A stretch of DNA of 39,712 nt, from positions 615,484-655,195 of the forward strand of contig NW_014577069.1 of assembly GCF_000485595.1 (NCBI RefSeq). The letters are read 5' to 3'. The notes below the pieces were generated by a model. The model searched no databases, was not told where the DNA came from, and worked only from the letters and a program-made list of their open reading frames with translations. The position numbers and the translations under genes were made by a program. The stretch comes from Priapulus caudatus. Taxonomy: Eukaryota. Below are positions 1 to 12,495 of the stretch, piece after piece; within the stretch, counting starts at the first letter, position 1, and every line of letters begins with the position of its first letter.

Positions 1-1877
1 CAGTCAAGCGTAACATGACGACTGGTATTATACAGGTTAGCCACACGGGTGAAAGTCGTTTTTATAGGCGGTTGCTGTAATTCTTGTACATATTAACATA
101 AACAGTAATCGCTAGCATGATGATGATGATGTTTATTACTGTCTATTTCTCGTAATGTTATATAGTATTTGGCTGAGAATAATATTATAACACGATTTAA
201 CATGAATATATGCTGTCAGATTTACTAATGCTAGTAACGAATATATCGGTATACCTAAATGTCATGGGTAATAAATGGATTTAATCATAATGTTTTGAAA
301 CATATTTATAGAAAATTTATTGTTACTCAGATGTATACATCTGTAGGAGGTTGCGTATTTTATTAGGATAGTTAAACGATCGCTTACCGGTGACAACGAC
401 ATTACAGCAACACTATGATAGTACGGATAACGATATAGTTCGATATCATGTACGAGCACTGTTGTAGACGCGTTATAACGGCATCTGAAAGCGCAGGTTT
501 TTAAATCGATTTAGGATGCATTTAATATAATAGATATGTCTGTCATCCCGTGATAACAGTCCCCATATAATTTAGCACTGTCAAACTATATATGGCATTT
601 AAGGTGTCCAAAAGTCGATTGTATATGTGGAACAAATTAAACCACCTTCCATTTTTCAGACAACTGCCTATTCAAGCAATTCAACAAGCTTAATTTACCT
701 CGATTATTATTGGCAAAAGCTGAAATGAACATGGATTAAAAAACCGTTCATTGAAATATATATACAAACTACTTTAAGGCACCGTGACATTGATTGATGC
801 ATGTATAGGAGATTTAACGACGCCGTTTAATGGAATTGCGTCTCTGTACACTGTTAGGCGTAATGAAATTGTGAAATTTATAAGAAAACGCAATTGCTAC
901 TGACACACAAATTTATTATAACGACTTCTATTAAACTTCTCGTGGCACATAGGAGAAAGAGCGAGGATAACAGACGAATACCTAAAAATAAAAAGAGAAA
1001 CGCGACAAATTGGAAACGCCAATGGAGAAGTTATAATATGGATAATTGGAAAAAATATAGGGGTTAGAGAAAGCCAAGGTCGGGGGAAATTAGGGGAATG
1101 GGGATAATCACTCGAGAAAGGGAAAATTAAGCGAGAGAAAGTAACCACTATAAAAGATGTGAGGAGAAGTGAAATAATGAGGACAGCTGAAACGTTCGCG
1201 GGCCAATAGAAACAAAATACTAACGACACGTGGAAATGAATGTCGATCTCAACAGAGCTAGCTTAATGCTACACCACTCTGAAATAAATTTCGTAAGCGC
1301 GATTCAGGCACATATTTCTGGTACCGGTTACCTAAACGGTTACCGTTTTATTAGTAATCAGGTCCTGCATGCTCCTACCCAAACAGGACGAGCATGTATG
1401 CATGCATGAGAACAGGCTGCAAGCGGGCACGAGCTTTGTTTGGCTATTGGGGTTCCCCGCTCCACGCGCTAGCATCAGCGGTTTATTGATACAAGTTTTC
1501 CATTACTATAGTTTCGCTTGCGCTCAGCTTTCCTTTCTCTGCCTCCTATGTCCGTCTTCACATTTGCCTAACAATAAGAAATAGAAAGTAAACGTTTTCT
1601 CGTACTTCCTCTCATTCAATTCTGCCATTATTTCCCGATCTTCCGTGAATATCTTGCTTATCACAACCACATGCTATTATTCGACGGTTGTATTTTACTT
1701 TTTCTTATCTCTTCCGCCTCTCCTTTCCCAGTCGGTTCAATCTCATTATTATTCTTTTCGTCGTTTGTGATTTCTCTACTTCCTATATACTAATATATGT
1801 TCTTAATTGTTTTGCCCTTGCTCTTGTTTCGTATACTCATCCGTGTCCCATTCCGTACTCGCGTTTTGTTACATTCC

Positions 1878-1994
1878 TCTATTTTCTTGCCTTAACTTCT
1901 TCTTCTGTACCTATATCTATCTATCTATCTATCTATTTTCCTGCCTCAACTTCTTCTTCTGTACCTATATCTATCTATCTATCTATCTATTTTC

Positions 1995-2040
<46 letters not shown>
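1878..2040. repeat. About 52-bp tandem duplication running into a (CTAT)n microsatellite
   Basis: CTATTTTCYTGCCTYAACTTCTTCTTCTGTACCTATAT(CTAT)n occurs twice, then (CTAT)n runs to the gap at 2041-2050. Confidence 0.9.
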
Positions 2041-2050
2041 NNNNNNNNNN

Positions 2051-2117
2051 CAGTAGCAGCAGTAGCAGCAGTAGCAGCAGTAGTAGTAGCAGTAGCAGTA
2101 GCAGCAGTAGCAGCAGT

Positions 2118-2164
<47 letters not shown>

Positions 2165-2246
2165 CAGCAGTAGCAGCAGTAGCAGCAGTAGCAGCAGTAG
2201 AAGCAGTAGCAGCAGCATTCTACTGCTGCAGATAGATAGATAGATA
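2051..2246. repeat. (CAG/TAG)n compound microsatellite followed by (GATA)n
   Basis: Seen directly in the sequence. Confidence 0.95.
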
Positions 2247-2476
2247 AATAACAAAAAATATATTATTAGCTAATAAGAAAACAACATGCATGGAGAGGTG
2301 TCGTGCGGTGGCGCTCGCATCGCCCGCATGCATGCTAGCAGATGATAATCAGCGTCCTCCTACCAGCGGCGCCGCGTCACAATCATTAACTGCTTCTAAC
2401 AATGCCGTAGTACGCGGGCGCGTCAACACCGTGCCGGAAATCACAGTCATTTCGCCAGCTCGATACCGGAGCGTTG

Positions 2477-2730
<254 letters not shown>

Positions 2731-4766
2731 AACTAGTATATAATATATATTATCTATATAGTATATGCTTTTTTCTCTCCTATCGTTTTATTTCTGTCCA
2801 CTCCTACCCACATACTTTGCTGTCTCCGCCCTCTAACTTTTTATCTATTTTTGCTCCTTGGCTGATCGGTCTTTTACTGGGTTCTCACCGTTCTCTCTTC
2901 TCCACCACCGTCTCATCCTCTTTATTTCACCTCCTACCATGTGCTGCTCTATATCCGTTCGTGAGTATTAATAAAAAAAACTGCTCTTATTTCTCGCTCT
3001 GCAATCACTACTCTCACATGTGCGCTGCTCAATTGCCACTTAACCAATTTGCGATTTTCACTTTCGTGCGTTGCCTCCAGTAAGTGACATGACGTTAGGT
3101 CAATCCGCAGACGATTGCTGTGGGTCAAAGGAGCCATGGATTCAAGTGATTTTATATACAAGCTTATACGACCGACTGGCGCGCGTTGTCCATGCGAGAC
3201 AAGTTAACTCCTGATTACGCATCAAAACTACATTAATCTAGACTCTTGCCGAAGTACGTCTTTAGGCGACCAATTCCAGCTTCTTCGCAACGAAATAACC
3301 GAGCACGGAAAATAATTCCGGCCTTTCTCTAATAACGTATCATTGCGTATCAATTGGCACAATGGCTACGACGCTCAAAGATAATTGATTCATTAGATGT
3401 TAACGTCAGCACTGGAATAGCAATAACGATGAAAATGAAACGCGCTGGCCATTGGGTCAACACTGCAGGATCTTCGATCTGGGGAAAATGTATTCGCGTA
3501 TATGGCGCATGAAAGCGTGTATGAATTGATCTTGTCGCATTGATTTCTATTACTAATGAAGTACGATCGCGGCGACCCGAATTAGTCGTAATTCTATTAC
3601 TCCTCAGTTTGACCTGCGGTGCGAGTGGCCAAAAAACGACAAACGGAATAGCGTAGCGCTAAACGACGAGTAGTGAAGACGTCCAGGTTTAGTACGTGCG
3701 ATTTCCTTCGCTAATCTAATTTCGACTACGTGACGGCACGCACTCTCGTCCGGGAATTTCTAAGCGCAAATGACACATCAAGACAGCCAGCACGATGAAA
3801 TGAAAATTGACACAAAAGATCAAACAAACACACAGTGAGACAGCTAGCGCATCTACTTATTACTTTAATCCAGGGCATTCCAATCGTTGTTTCGCGACAA
3901 TGCACTATCGCCGCGGTGTATTTATTCGATGTATGCATGAAAAACACTGCTATAGTTGCGACAGTTTGCGATAGCGGACTGTTGGCGATATTGAAACGGG
4001 AGGCTTGCACACATATAATTCAGTTTGGCAATGAGTTTTCCTCTGCTCTTATTTTATCTTTTACAATGGCTATCTTTGCAAACCGTGTGGTGCGCGTCGT
4101 CTGGAATGAAGGCAGAAGCATTCACGGGTGAAATCGCAGCCGACGTGCGATTTTTTTTCGAAAAAAGTATCCGTTTATTATCAACCAAATTAAGTATCAC
4201 AACGATTTAGTATTTACCATTATAAGCATTTATCATTTAGTATCAAAGTACCAACCAAGTTAACACCAAGTTTACTAATGGTAAATGAAGCAAGCACATA
4301 TTGAAAATATGTCGTAAACAGAGATTGACGTTGCGGCAACAGACTGAGTTTGAGTTTCGCAATGTTTGTTATTAGATCAAATGTCGGATGAGCCGAGGGT
4401 ATGAGAATCGTATAATACCGCTGCAATATTCGGTGTTGGTATAGCGATACGTATTGCCGAGTGCAATGGCCATCTCAGCTTCACCATGCTAAAATACGCT
4501 CTGTCACGGATATAGATAGGGTGTACGAGACCCACACTGTTAATTTCCTACGCAATAACCTGATATCAGACAGTACCAGGTCTCTAGTAGCCCCTATTGA
4601 TTGAGCATGAATTGTGTCGGGCGTTTATTGTATTATCGACCACTTCAACCGTAGACCTGTCAGTAACATGTTTAACACTTAAACTGTTAGCGATTCTAGC
4701 TGTTAGACCAGCTAAGACAATCAAGTAGACACTTCCGTTGATGGCACGCTGATCCTCTTAGTCTTA

Positions 4767-6040
4767 TACCCCCTTCACATACACGGATTTTTCTTACGAG
4801 TCCTTACGGATCGCACAATTCGTAAAAGTACACGGATCCTTACGATTTGGCCACTTTTACGAGCGATTTACGTGTTATTACGAGCTAATTACGGTTTATT
4901 ATGGATTATTACGAGTAATTACGATGTATTTACGGCAAAATTCCACGATTTGTTAAGAGTTGTCACGGATAACTACGAGTAACTTACGTGCATTTTAAGA
5001 GCTTTTACGGATTGTTACGGATATATTATGATTCATCGAAGTTTTTACGTGTTAATTGCGACCTGTTTACGTGTTGTTACGAATAGGTACGAGTTAGTTA
5101 CGAGTATTTACCAGTCCTTACGATTTTTTGACAAAAAGTATATAAAAATCCTGCAAATATGGCTAACGCTCCATTAGGAGTGTTCCCAACTCATCATAAT
5201 ATTATATCATGATATCATTAATGATTAATGATTGATAATCCAAACCCTAACCCTAACCCTAACCTAAATGACATTAAACCACAAACTAATATATGACCAT
5301 GACCATATATATATATATATATATATCAGCTATATATATACCTATTATCTACTCCTGATATAGATATATATATATGTTATTATGATCATTAATGACATTA
5401 AAGTTAGGAACACTCCTAATGGAGTATCACCCGCAAATCTCAATCTATCATCAACTGACATCCAGAGAGACAACATGGCATATGAGAGAACAACTCTTGA
5501 TAACAACTGAAAATGACGTGTTCGATTTTGCAGCCTTTCCCAAATCGTAAACAATACGTAAGAATACGTAAAGTATACGTATCTATTCGTAAAGTGCTCG
5601 TAATAACTCGTAACAATCCGTAAAGCCATCGTAACACGACCCGAATGAAATCGTAAACAACACGTAAGCACTCGTAATAATCTATAAATAATCCGTAAAC
5701 AAATCGTAAACTAACCATAGCAAATCGTAACAAAAAACTTTACGAGTCATTTACGGATTCTTGCGAGCAGTTTACGGATGGTTACGTGTTGTTGCGAGCG
5801 GTTTACGATACTTACGGATTGTTACGAGTTATTTACGAAAAAATCAATCCGTGGACACTCGTGAGAAGGTTTTTGACATGTCAAAAAATTTGCCTTTCTT
5901 TTCACGGATCCTTACGAGTGTCTGCGAGTTGTGACGAGTTAATACAGATACCAGCGAGTTATTTACGGATGCTTGCGATTGACTACGAGTTGGCGATCCG
6001 TAAGGACTCGTAAGAAAAATCCGTGTATGTGAAGGGGGTA
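4767..6040. mobile_element. Non-autonomous PIF/Harbinger-type DNA transposon
   Basis: Perfect 48-bp TIRs (TACCCCCTTCACATACACGGATTTTTCTTACGAGTCCTTACGGATCGC). TTA on both sides (4764-4766, 6041-6043), matching the 3-bp TWA TSD of Harbinger. Interior is built of TTACG/CGTAA motif arrays with no transposase. Confidence 0.88.
5161..5431. mobile_element. Small MITE with internal (CCCTAA)n, nested in the Harbinger element (copy 1)
   Basis: Inverted arms CTCCATTAGGAGTGTTCCCAACT / AGTTAGGAACACTCCTAATGGAG; GG...CC termini; imperfect 9-bp flanking repeat TGCAAATAT/CGCAAATCT; a homologous copy sits at 29455-29642. Confidence 0.8.
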
Positions 6041-7616
6041 TTATGCCGGATATACGGACATTTAGCCGGCTAGTAAAATTATTTACAGACTTTGTCGCGC
6101 TTCGATCGCTGGATGACAGCCATTGAAAGCACGTCCACAGGAGTGCAACCGCTTGGTGGTGCCACGCGCGCTAGCAAATTAATTGTATAAAAGCAAATAT
6201 GTACTGCGATTTGGTTTTCAGTTTAGTAGGTGGATTCACTTGAAAGATAATTCACATATAACTTCACTACAAAACAACTTCATTAATAGTTATTAACGGC
6301 TACACGTGTGTTGTAGCAATAGCAATTGTATTATCACGAGCTCGCGCAAGCACTAAACATTCAACGCGCATATTCGTTATACGCATATCGAGCAACGATT
6401 CTGTATAGATGCCTTCGTTTGTACCATTTCGGGTCTTGTAGCGTATTTCTGGTACCAGTGTAGCGTGAATAATCCGCATGAACCCCATCTGGCAGCTCGA
6501 GAAAATGCCAATCCGACTTGGTCGCTCTAGCGGCTTACACCCACGCCTGGATGGCATGCCCCATGTTGTGGCGTCGACATCGCATGTTTCCACTAACGTG
6601 AAAATTCCCCCAAAAGCTCAAGCCCAGCGACGGTAGGTAGAACTATCGAACTCGCTATCAATACGACAGCTTTCTAATTAAATTATTCATGAGATTCAAT
6701 TACCCGGACGCTTGTTTTTACGAAGTAAGGCCAGCGTGACGTAGTGCTTGGCTTCTGATTCTTGTAATGTTTAAGAGAGACAGATGTGAGACCGTCTAAT
6801 TTGCTACATATTCACCAAGGCTTTATACCGCTGTGTAATGTAAATGCGCCGCGCCAATACGCTCACATTTCATGTACGAATTCAGCATAAATCTGATACG
6901 CACATGAACATGCATGTGTCTGTGCATATATTTAATATAAATTCATCATATTCATTGAATCGAATTAGTCCGGGCATAATCGAGTAGGCGAGGGATACAG
7001 GACGGGTATGGCGGCATACTTAATTTTTGCAGTTGACAACTAGGTAATGGTCTCGGTATTTTTTCAGATAGAATAGATAAGATTTTTAAAAATATGAATA
7101 AAATGTAGATGGAATAGAAAATAATATGCAAGATCAATACATAATTTTATATGTTAAATGTTCGCTAGAAAATAGCGAACACGTAATTGTCGTTGATCTG
7201 TTTAATTCGTCACGCATGTGAATCAGGGACACACGTTTATTACACTGATTAGCATATAAAGGATAATTAAGTGTATAAGCATGACATCTAGAAAGCGACG
7301 CTTCATGTCAAATGAATACGTAGCCAATAACAGATGCTCCATTTAGTTTGCGGCCCCATTATGCCTTATGCCCGGTTCGGGAAATTTCGTGCATTTTATT
7401 TAACCTCATACCTGTTTTTTAGAAAGACCATAAAATAATCACCGATTCAATATCACATGTCATTTGTAACTATGTTGTTGTCCGTGAAGTGCGATGATTA
7501 CGTAGGATCAAACAAGAGAACCGTGAATAGATGAAAGCTCAACTCGAAATTTCCCACAGTAAACAGCTGTCGTTGTACATACACGCGGTGGTATGAAAAC
7601 ACCCAAGCGAACTCGC

Positions 7617-7676
7617 TCACACACGCACGTACGCATGCTCGCACACACGCTCACACACATGCTCGCACGCACACAT

Positions 7677-7734
<58 letters not shown>

Positions 7735-7747
7735 GCANNNNNNNNNN

Positions 7748-7798
<51 letters not shown>

Positions 7799-7835
7799 GC
7801 ACGCACGCACGCACGCACGCACGCACACGCACGCA

Positions 7836-7867
<32 letters not shown>

Positions 7868-7876
7868 CCCACACAC
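7617..7876. repeat. (CA)n and (GCAC)n microsatellite with a 10-N gap
   Basis: Seen directly; gap at 7738-7747. Confidence 0.95.
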
Positions 7877-8164
7877 ATATATTCATAATTAGTCCATGAG
7901 TATAGGTATACATATTTCCATGGTAATAGGCTAACACAGAGAAACCGGAATCTCTCATTAGCTGACGTATGTGAGAATCAGTATGCAAGTTCGTATGAAT
8001 AGCAGCAAGCGTGAATAGTCTATAAGACGAATCAGAGAACCACTGAAATGTTAGTAGGCTAATCGTATTTGATTGCAATTACTTCGCGTATAATTACCTG
8101 GTTTTCCCTAATACAATATTGGTGTTTCGTGATAAGGGTTCAAATTACAAGACGTCTACAGAAA

Positions 8165-8210
8165 ACGAACTAAAAATAGAAGGCAGAGCTGCCCTCTATT
8201 TTTAGTTCGT
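8165..8210. repeat. 46-bp inverted repeat (hairpin)
   Basis: ACGAACTAAAAATAGAAGGCAG-AG-CTGCCCTCTATTTTTAGTTCGT; 21 of 22 bases pair. Confidence 0.85.
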
Positions 8211-8571
8211 AGATCATAGCATATATTATATCTATATATGCATATATATAGTATGATCTAAGTAGCGTATATGAAGAACGGGTATATATGCCAATAAAGA
8301 CAACTGCTACGGTCTGTGCGATCAAATACCACAGCTCATGCAGTTTTTACGAGCAATGCAGGTCAATTTTGCGCGCATAAAATTATTGGAATAGGTAATT
8401 AGTCGGTTAGGAAGATATTGACGTAGTATAACAATCGAAGGACGCGAGATTAAAGACCCTCGAACACGACTCGAGATAGTAAACTTACTAATTATGAAAT
8501 GATGTAGTGGCTAATGTCAGTGGACGTTCACTGATAAATGTATTCGATTATATATAGTGGGGGGAGGCAGT

Positions 8572-8602
8572 GAGCGAGAGAGAGAGGGAGAGAGCGAGAG
8601 AA

Positions 8603-8650
<48 letters not shown>

Positions 8651-8682
8651 GAGAGGGACGGAGAGAGGAAGAGAGAAGCGAG
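8572..8682. repeat. (GA)n microsatellite
   Basis: Seen directly in the sequence. Confidence 0.95.
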
Positions 8683-9485
8683 AAATCGTGCATACTGTGA
8701 TCAATATGTCGTCTGTAGAAGTTTTCGTAATACTATAGATCGATTCAAATTGGCAACCGCAAGTCAAACACTATAAATTTATCAAATAGTGTGGTTTCAG
8801 ATTCTAACATTAATCGCATACGTTATATTTATCACAGCATATAGAGGTATAAAAGCTGGTATAAAAAAACAACTTTATTAAAAATTGTTATTAAAACGAG
8901 TGTTTCGCAAATACATCACAATAACCTCACCCAATGCGTTAACATAACGATGGGGCGTCTGTCAGCAAACGAGCTGGAATGTAACTCAACTTTCACTATC
9001 GAGAAATTATAGAGATCTGTTGTCGGACTCGCGGACATAGCTTTCATCTTAAATGACAAAACTCATTACGGCTAATGAAAAATGATGGCGCGACCGTGTG
9101 CGTTGACGTCACGCAGGCGATGGAGTATGCAGCTTACCAGAGTCCCCATGCAGTCGCAATGATGCATGCCCGCACTGCGGAGCACATACGGGAGCACATA
9201 CGGGAGGGAATGTCATGCTCTACTAGCTAGAGTAGGAACGTGAAACGCCGAAATATCACTTGGCAAGAGTCTTGTTTCATCCATAAGTGGGTATGGTTTT
9301 CGGGAATGGCGCATTAGGTGATAAGTTTTGTGAAGACCATGAAAACCTGTAAGTTGTGATGTTACTGGTAAAGTTCAAATTCACACTAAATCAGTGCTCA
9401 TGTTTAGGGAAACACAGAATAGGCGTATAGAATCCTATATGTGCACGCATATACGCAAACACGCGCACATAAACGCCGGAAAAAA

Positions 9486-9486
<1 letters not shown>

Positions 9487-9550
<64 letters not shown>

Positions 9551-9556
9551 TTACTA

Positions 9557-9587
<31 letters not shown>

Positions 9588-9612
9588 GCTGCTGCCGCTG
9601 CTGCTGCCGCTA

Positions 9613-9652
<40 letters not shown>

Positions 9653-9757
9653 CTTAGTGATAATACTATTATAGTAATAATACTATTATAGTAATAATAC
9701 TATTATAGTAATAATAATAACAACAACAACAATAATAATAATAATAATAATAATAAT
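9487..9757. repeat. (ACT)n/(GCT)n microsatellite, then a 17-bp unit x3 (TAATACTATTATAGTAA, 9661-9711), then (AAT)n
   Basis: Seen directly in the sequence. Confidence 0.92.
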
Positions 9758-11360
9758 GAATAAAATAAACATAGAACAATTTCCGAATATAACCTACTGT
9801 CCCTTAACCTTACGTTATAGATGTATATAACCATACATAACACAGTTTAAGACTCAGTTGCACGGAAATGGCATTTCTCCTCGCAATCGAGCGCAGCGGA
9901 CATCTAGTTAGAGATATTTAATGATCACACCATCATGTGCGAAAACGACTTTATTGTGGCAAATTCGTCGACTTTCCTCGGCCTACGCTAAGTGTGTCCA
10001 CCAATCCGCGAAGCGAGAATTTGACGCGACAAGAAAGGCGGGGGCTTGTTAATTTTTGACACGTCGTTAGGAATTCCCTCGGGTATTTTTTTGCGAAAGA
10101 CAGAATGTCACTTGCAGCCGGTAGATAGTCCGATAGGCAAAGTACATTAGCGAGTGATCCCTCGCGACGCTCGTCATGCTTCAGTCTCTCATTAAACCCA
10201 CAAGGAAACATAGCAGGGTAATGTGAGCGTCGTCGCGATCCGAGATTCGATCGACGTATACTATATCGTGCCGCGGGGTCACCGCCCGGTCACGTACGGC
10301 CGACGTAGCGCCGCCTTGGTGACGAAAACCAGGACGAGGATAGAAGTGGCTATAGGCTAGGAACCGACCAGGAATCGCGAAAATTGCACATTTTTGCCGC
10401 GATTTTTTTTCACGCATAAAATGTAAGCGCTGTGTCAATGCATAACATATTCGTAAAGTTTTACCTCACATAATACTAATGTGATATAAATAAGATTTAG
10501 CGGAACATTATTGCATATGCTTTAAAATTGCATCCGTAGCGTTTCTTGACTATAACGTAAGCACCTCTTACACATTTTATGCGCGTTGAGATTGCAATTC
10601 GCAATCAGTCGCGCTATACGTTATTAGACTGCCAAACACATCATCGCAAAATTGTAATCTTAAGATTAAAATTGCTGATGACGAGATATAAAACTGTGGA
10701 GTTATCACTTACGACTAGTCTAAACTGTCGTAGCCTTTCCACAACACTTCATTTGAATAGTTGTAAAATTTCACACTAATAACTATATTTATGATACCTT
10801 TGACAACGATCCCATGGCCTTTTCTCGACATTCACGCCGGATAAAAATGGAGATATGTGCATCTTGCGTATTAAAACAGCAAGAAAATAAGAAACGACGA
10901 TGCAGTAATTTTAACATGAACGATAAACAAGAGCAATATCAGTCGCAAACTTGCTTTTTACCTGTTCCAATCAGTGTGGCCACTTTAAAGCATTAGCTAA
11001 AACTGTTACACACAACATAGCTCTTCCATCAACGTTCCGATACTTCACCGTACCCCGCTGGGATCATACTGGCTATAGCCATTCCGTACCCGAACGTAGG
11101 TTCAAACAGGCTTTTGCCGTTATAACGCTAAGTGAAACATAGTTGCAACGGCCCCGGTATGTGTTTATAGCAGTCGTAGAGCCGATGCGCTATAATATTG
11201 CACGAGTGATGAAATGTGTCTGTCCATCGCGTTAAGGCACATGGGCTTACGCGAAAGGGAGCACTCACTGACCGACGGATTTACCGCTGCTGAGTGGAAC
11301 GCATCAGTCACGCTCGTAGCGTCACACGAACATCACGAGCAAGAATGCCATCTGTCGAAT

Positions 11361-11456
11361 GAGAGTGAGAGAGAGAGAGAGAGAGGGAGCGAGTGAGAGA
11401 GAGAGTGAGAGAGAGAGGAGAGAGAGTGAAAGAGGAGAGAAGAGAAGAGAGAGAGA

Positions 11457-11501
<45 letters not shown>

Positions 11502-11568
11502 GAGAGTAAGACGAGAGTAGAGAGAGAAGAGAGAGAGAGACCAGAGAGGAGGAGGAGGGAGGAGGAGA
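11361..11568. repeat. (GA)n microsatellite flanking the large gap
   Basis: Seen directly in the sequence. Confidence 0.95.
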
Positions 11569-12411
11569 NNNNNNNNNNNNNNNNNNNNNNNNNNNNNNNN
11601 NNNNNNNNNNNNNNNNNNNNNNNNNNNNNNNNNNNNNNNNNNNNNNNNNNNNNNNNNNNNNNNNNNNNNNNNNNNNNNNNNNNNNNNNNNNNNNNNNNNN
11701 NNNNNNNNNNNNNNNNNNNNNNNNNNNNNNNNNNNNNNNNNNNNNNNNNNNNNNNNNNNNNNNNNNNNNNNNNNNNNNNNNNNNNNNNNNNNNNNNNNNN
11801 NNNNNNNNNNNNNNNNNNNNNNNNNNNNNNNNNNNNNNNNNNNNNNNNNNNNNNNNNNNNNNNNNNNNNNNNNNNNNNNNNNNNNNNNNNNNNNNNNNNN
11901 NNNNNNNNNNNNNNNNNNNNNNNNNNNNNNNNNNNNNNNNNNNNNNNNNNNNNNNNNNNNNNNNNNNNNNNNNNNNNNNNNNNNNNNNNNNNNNNNNNNN
12001 NNNNNNNNNNNNNNNNNNNNNNNNNNNNNNNNNNNNNNNNNNNNNNNNNNNNNNNNNNNNNNNNNNNNNNNNNNNNNNNNNNNNNNNNNNNNNNNNNNNN
12101 NNNNNNNNNNNNNNNNNNNNNNNNNNNNNNNNNNNNNNNNNNNNNNNNNNNNNNNNNNNNNNNNNNNNNNNNNNNNNNNNNNNNNNNNNNNNNNNNNNNN
12201 NNNNNNNNNNNNNNNNNNNNNNNNNNNNNNNNNNNNNNNNNNNNNNNNNNNNNNNNNNNNNNNNNNNNNNNNNNNNNNNNNNNNNNNNNNNNNNNNNNNN
12301 NNNNNNNNNNNNNNNNNNNNNNNNNNNNNNNNNNNNNNNNNNNNNNNNNNNNNNNNNNNNNNNNNNNNNNNNNNNNNNNNNNNNNNNNNNNNNNNNNNNN
12401 NNNNNNNNNNN
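11569..12411. other. Assembly gap (843 N)
   Basis: Run of N; flanked by (GA)n on the left and (GCAC)n on the right. Confidence 1.
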
Positions 12412-12435
12412 CGCACGCCTGCATGCAAGCACGAA

Positions 12436-12495
<60 letters not shown>

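Noticed and set aside
5244..5267. CCCTAA repeats as a telomere or chromosome fusion site
   Set aside because: There are only 3-4 units, and they lie inside a dispersed MITE that also occurs at about 29.5 kb.
6690..6711. TGAGATTCAA resembling the 5' end of a conserved protostome miRNA
   Set aside because: The similarity stops after 10 nt and no precursor hairpin is evident.
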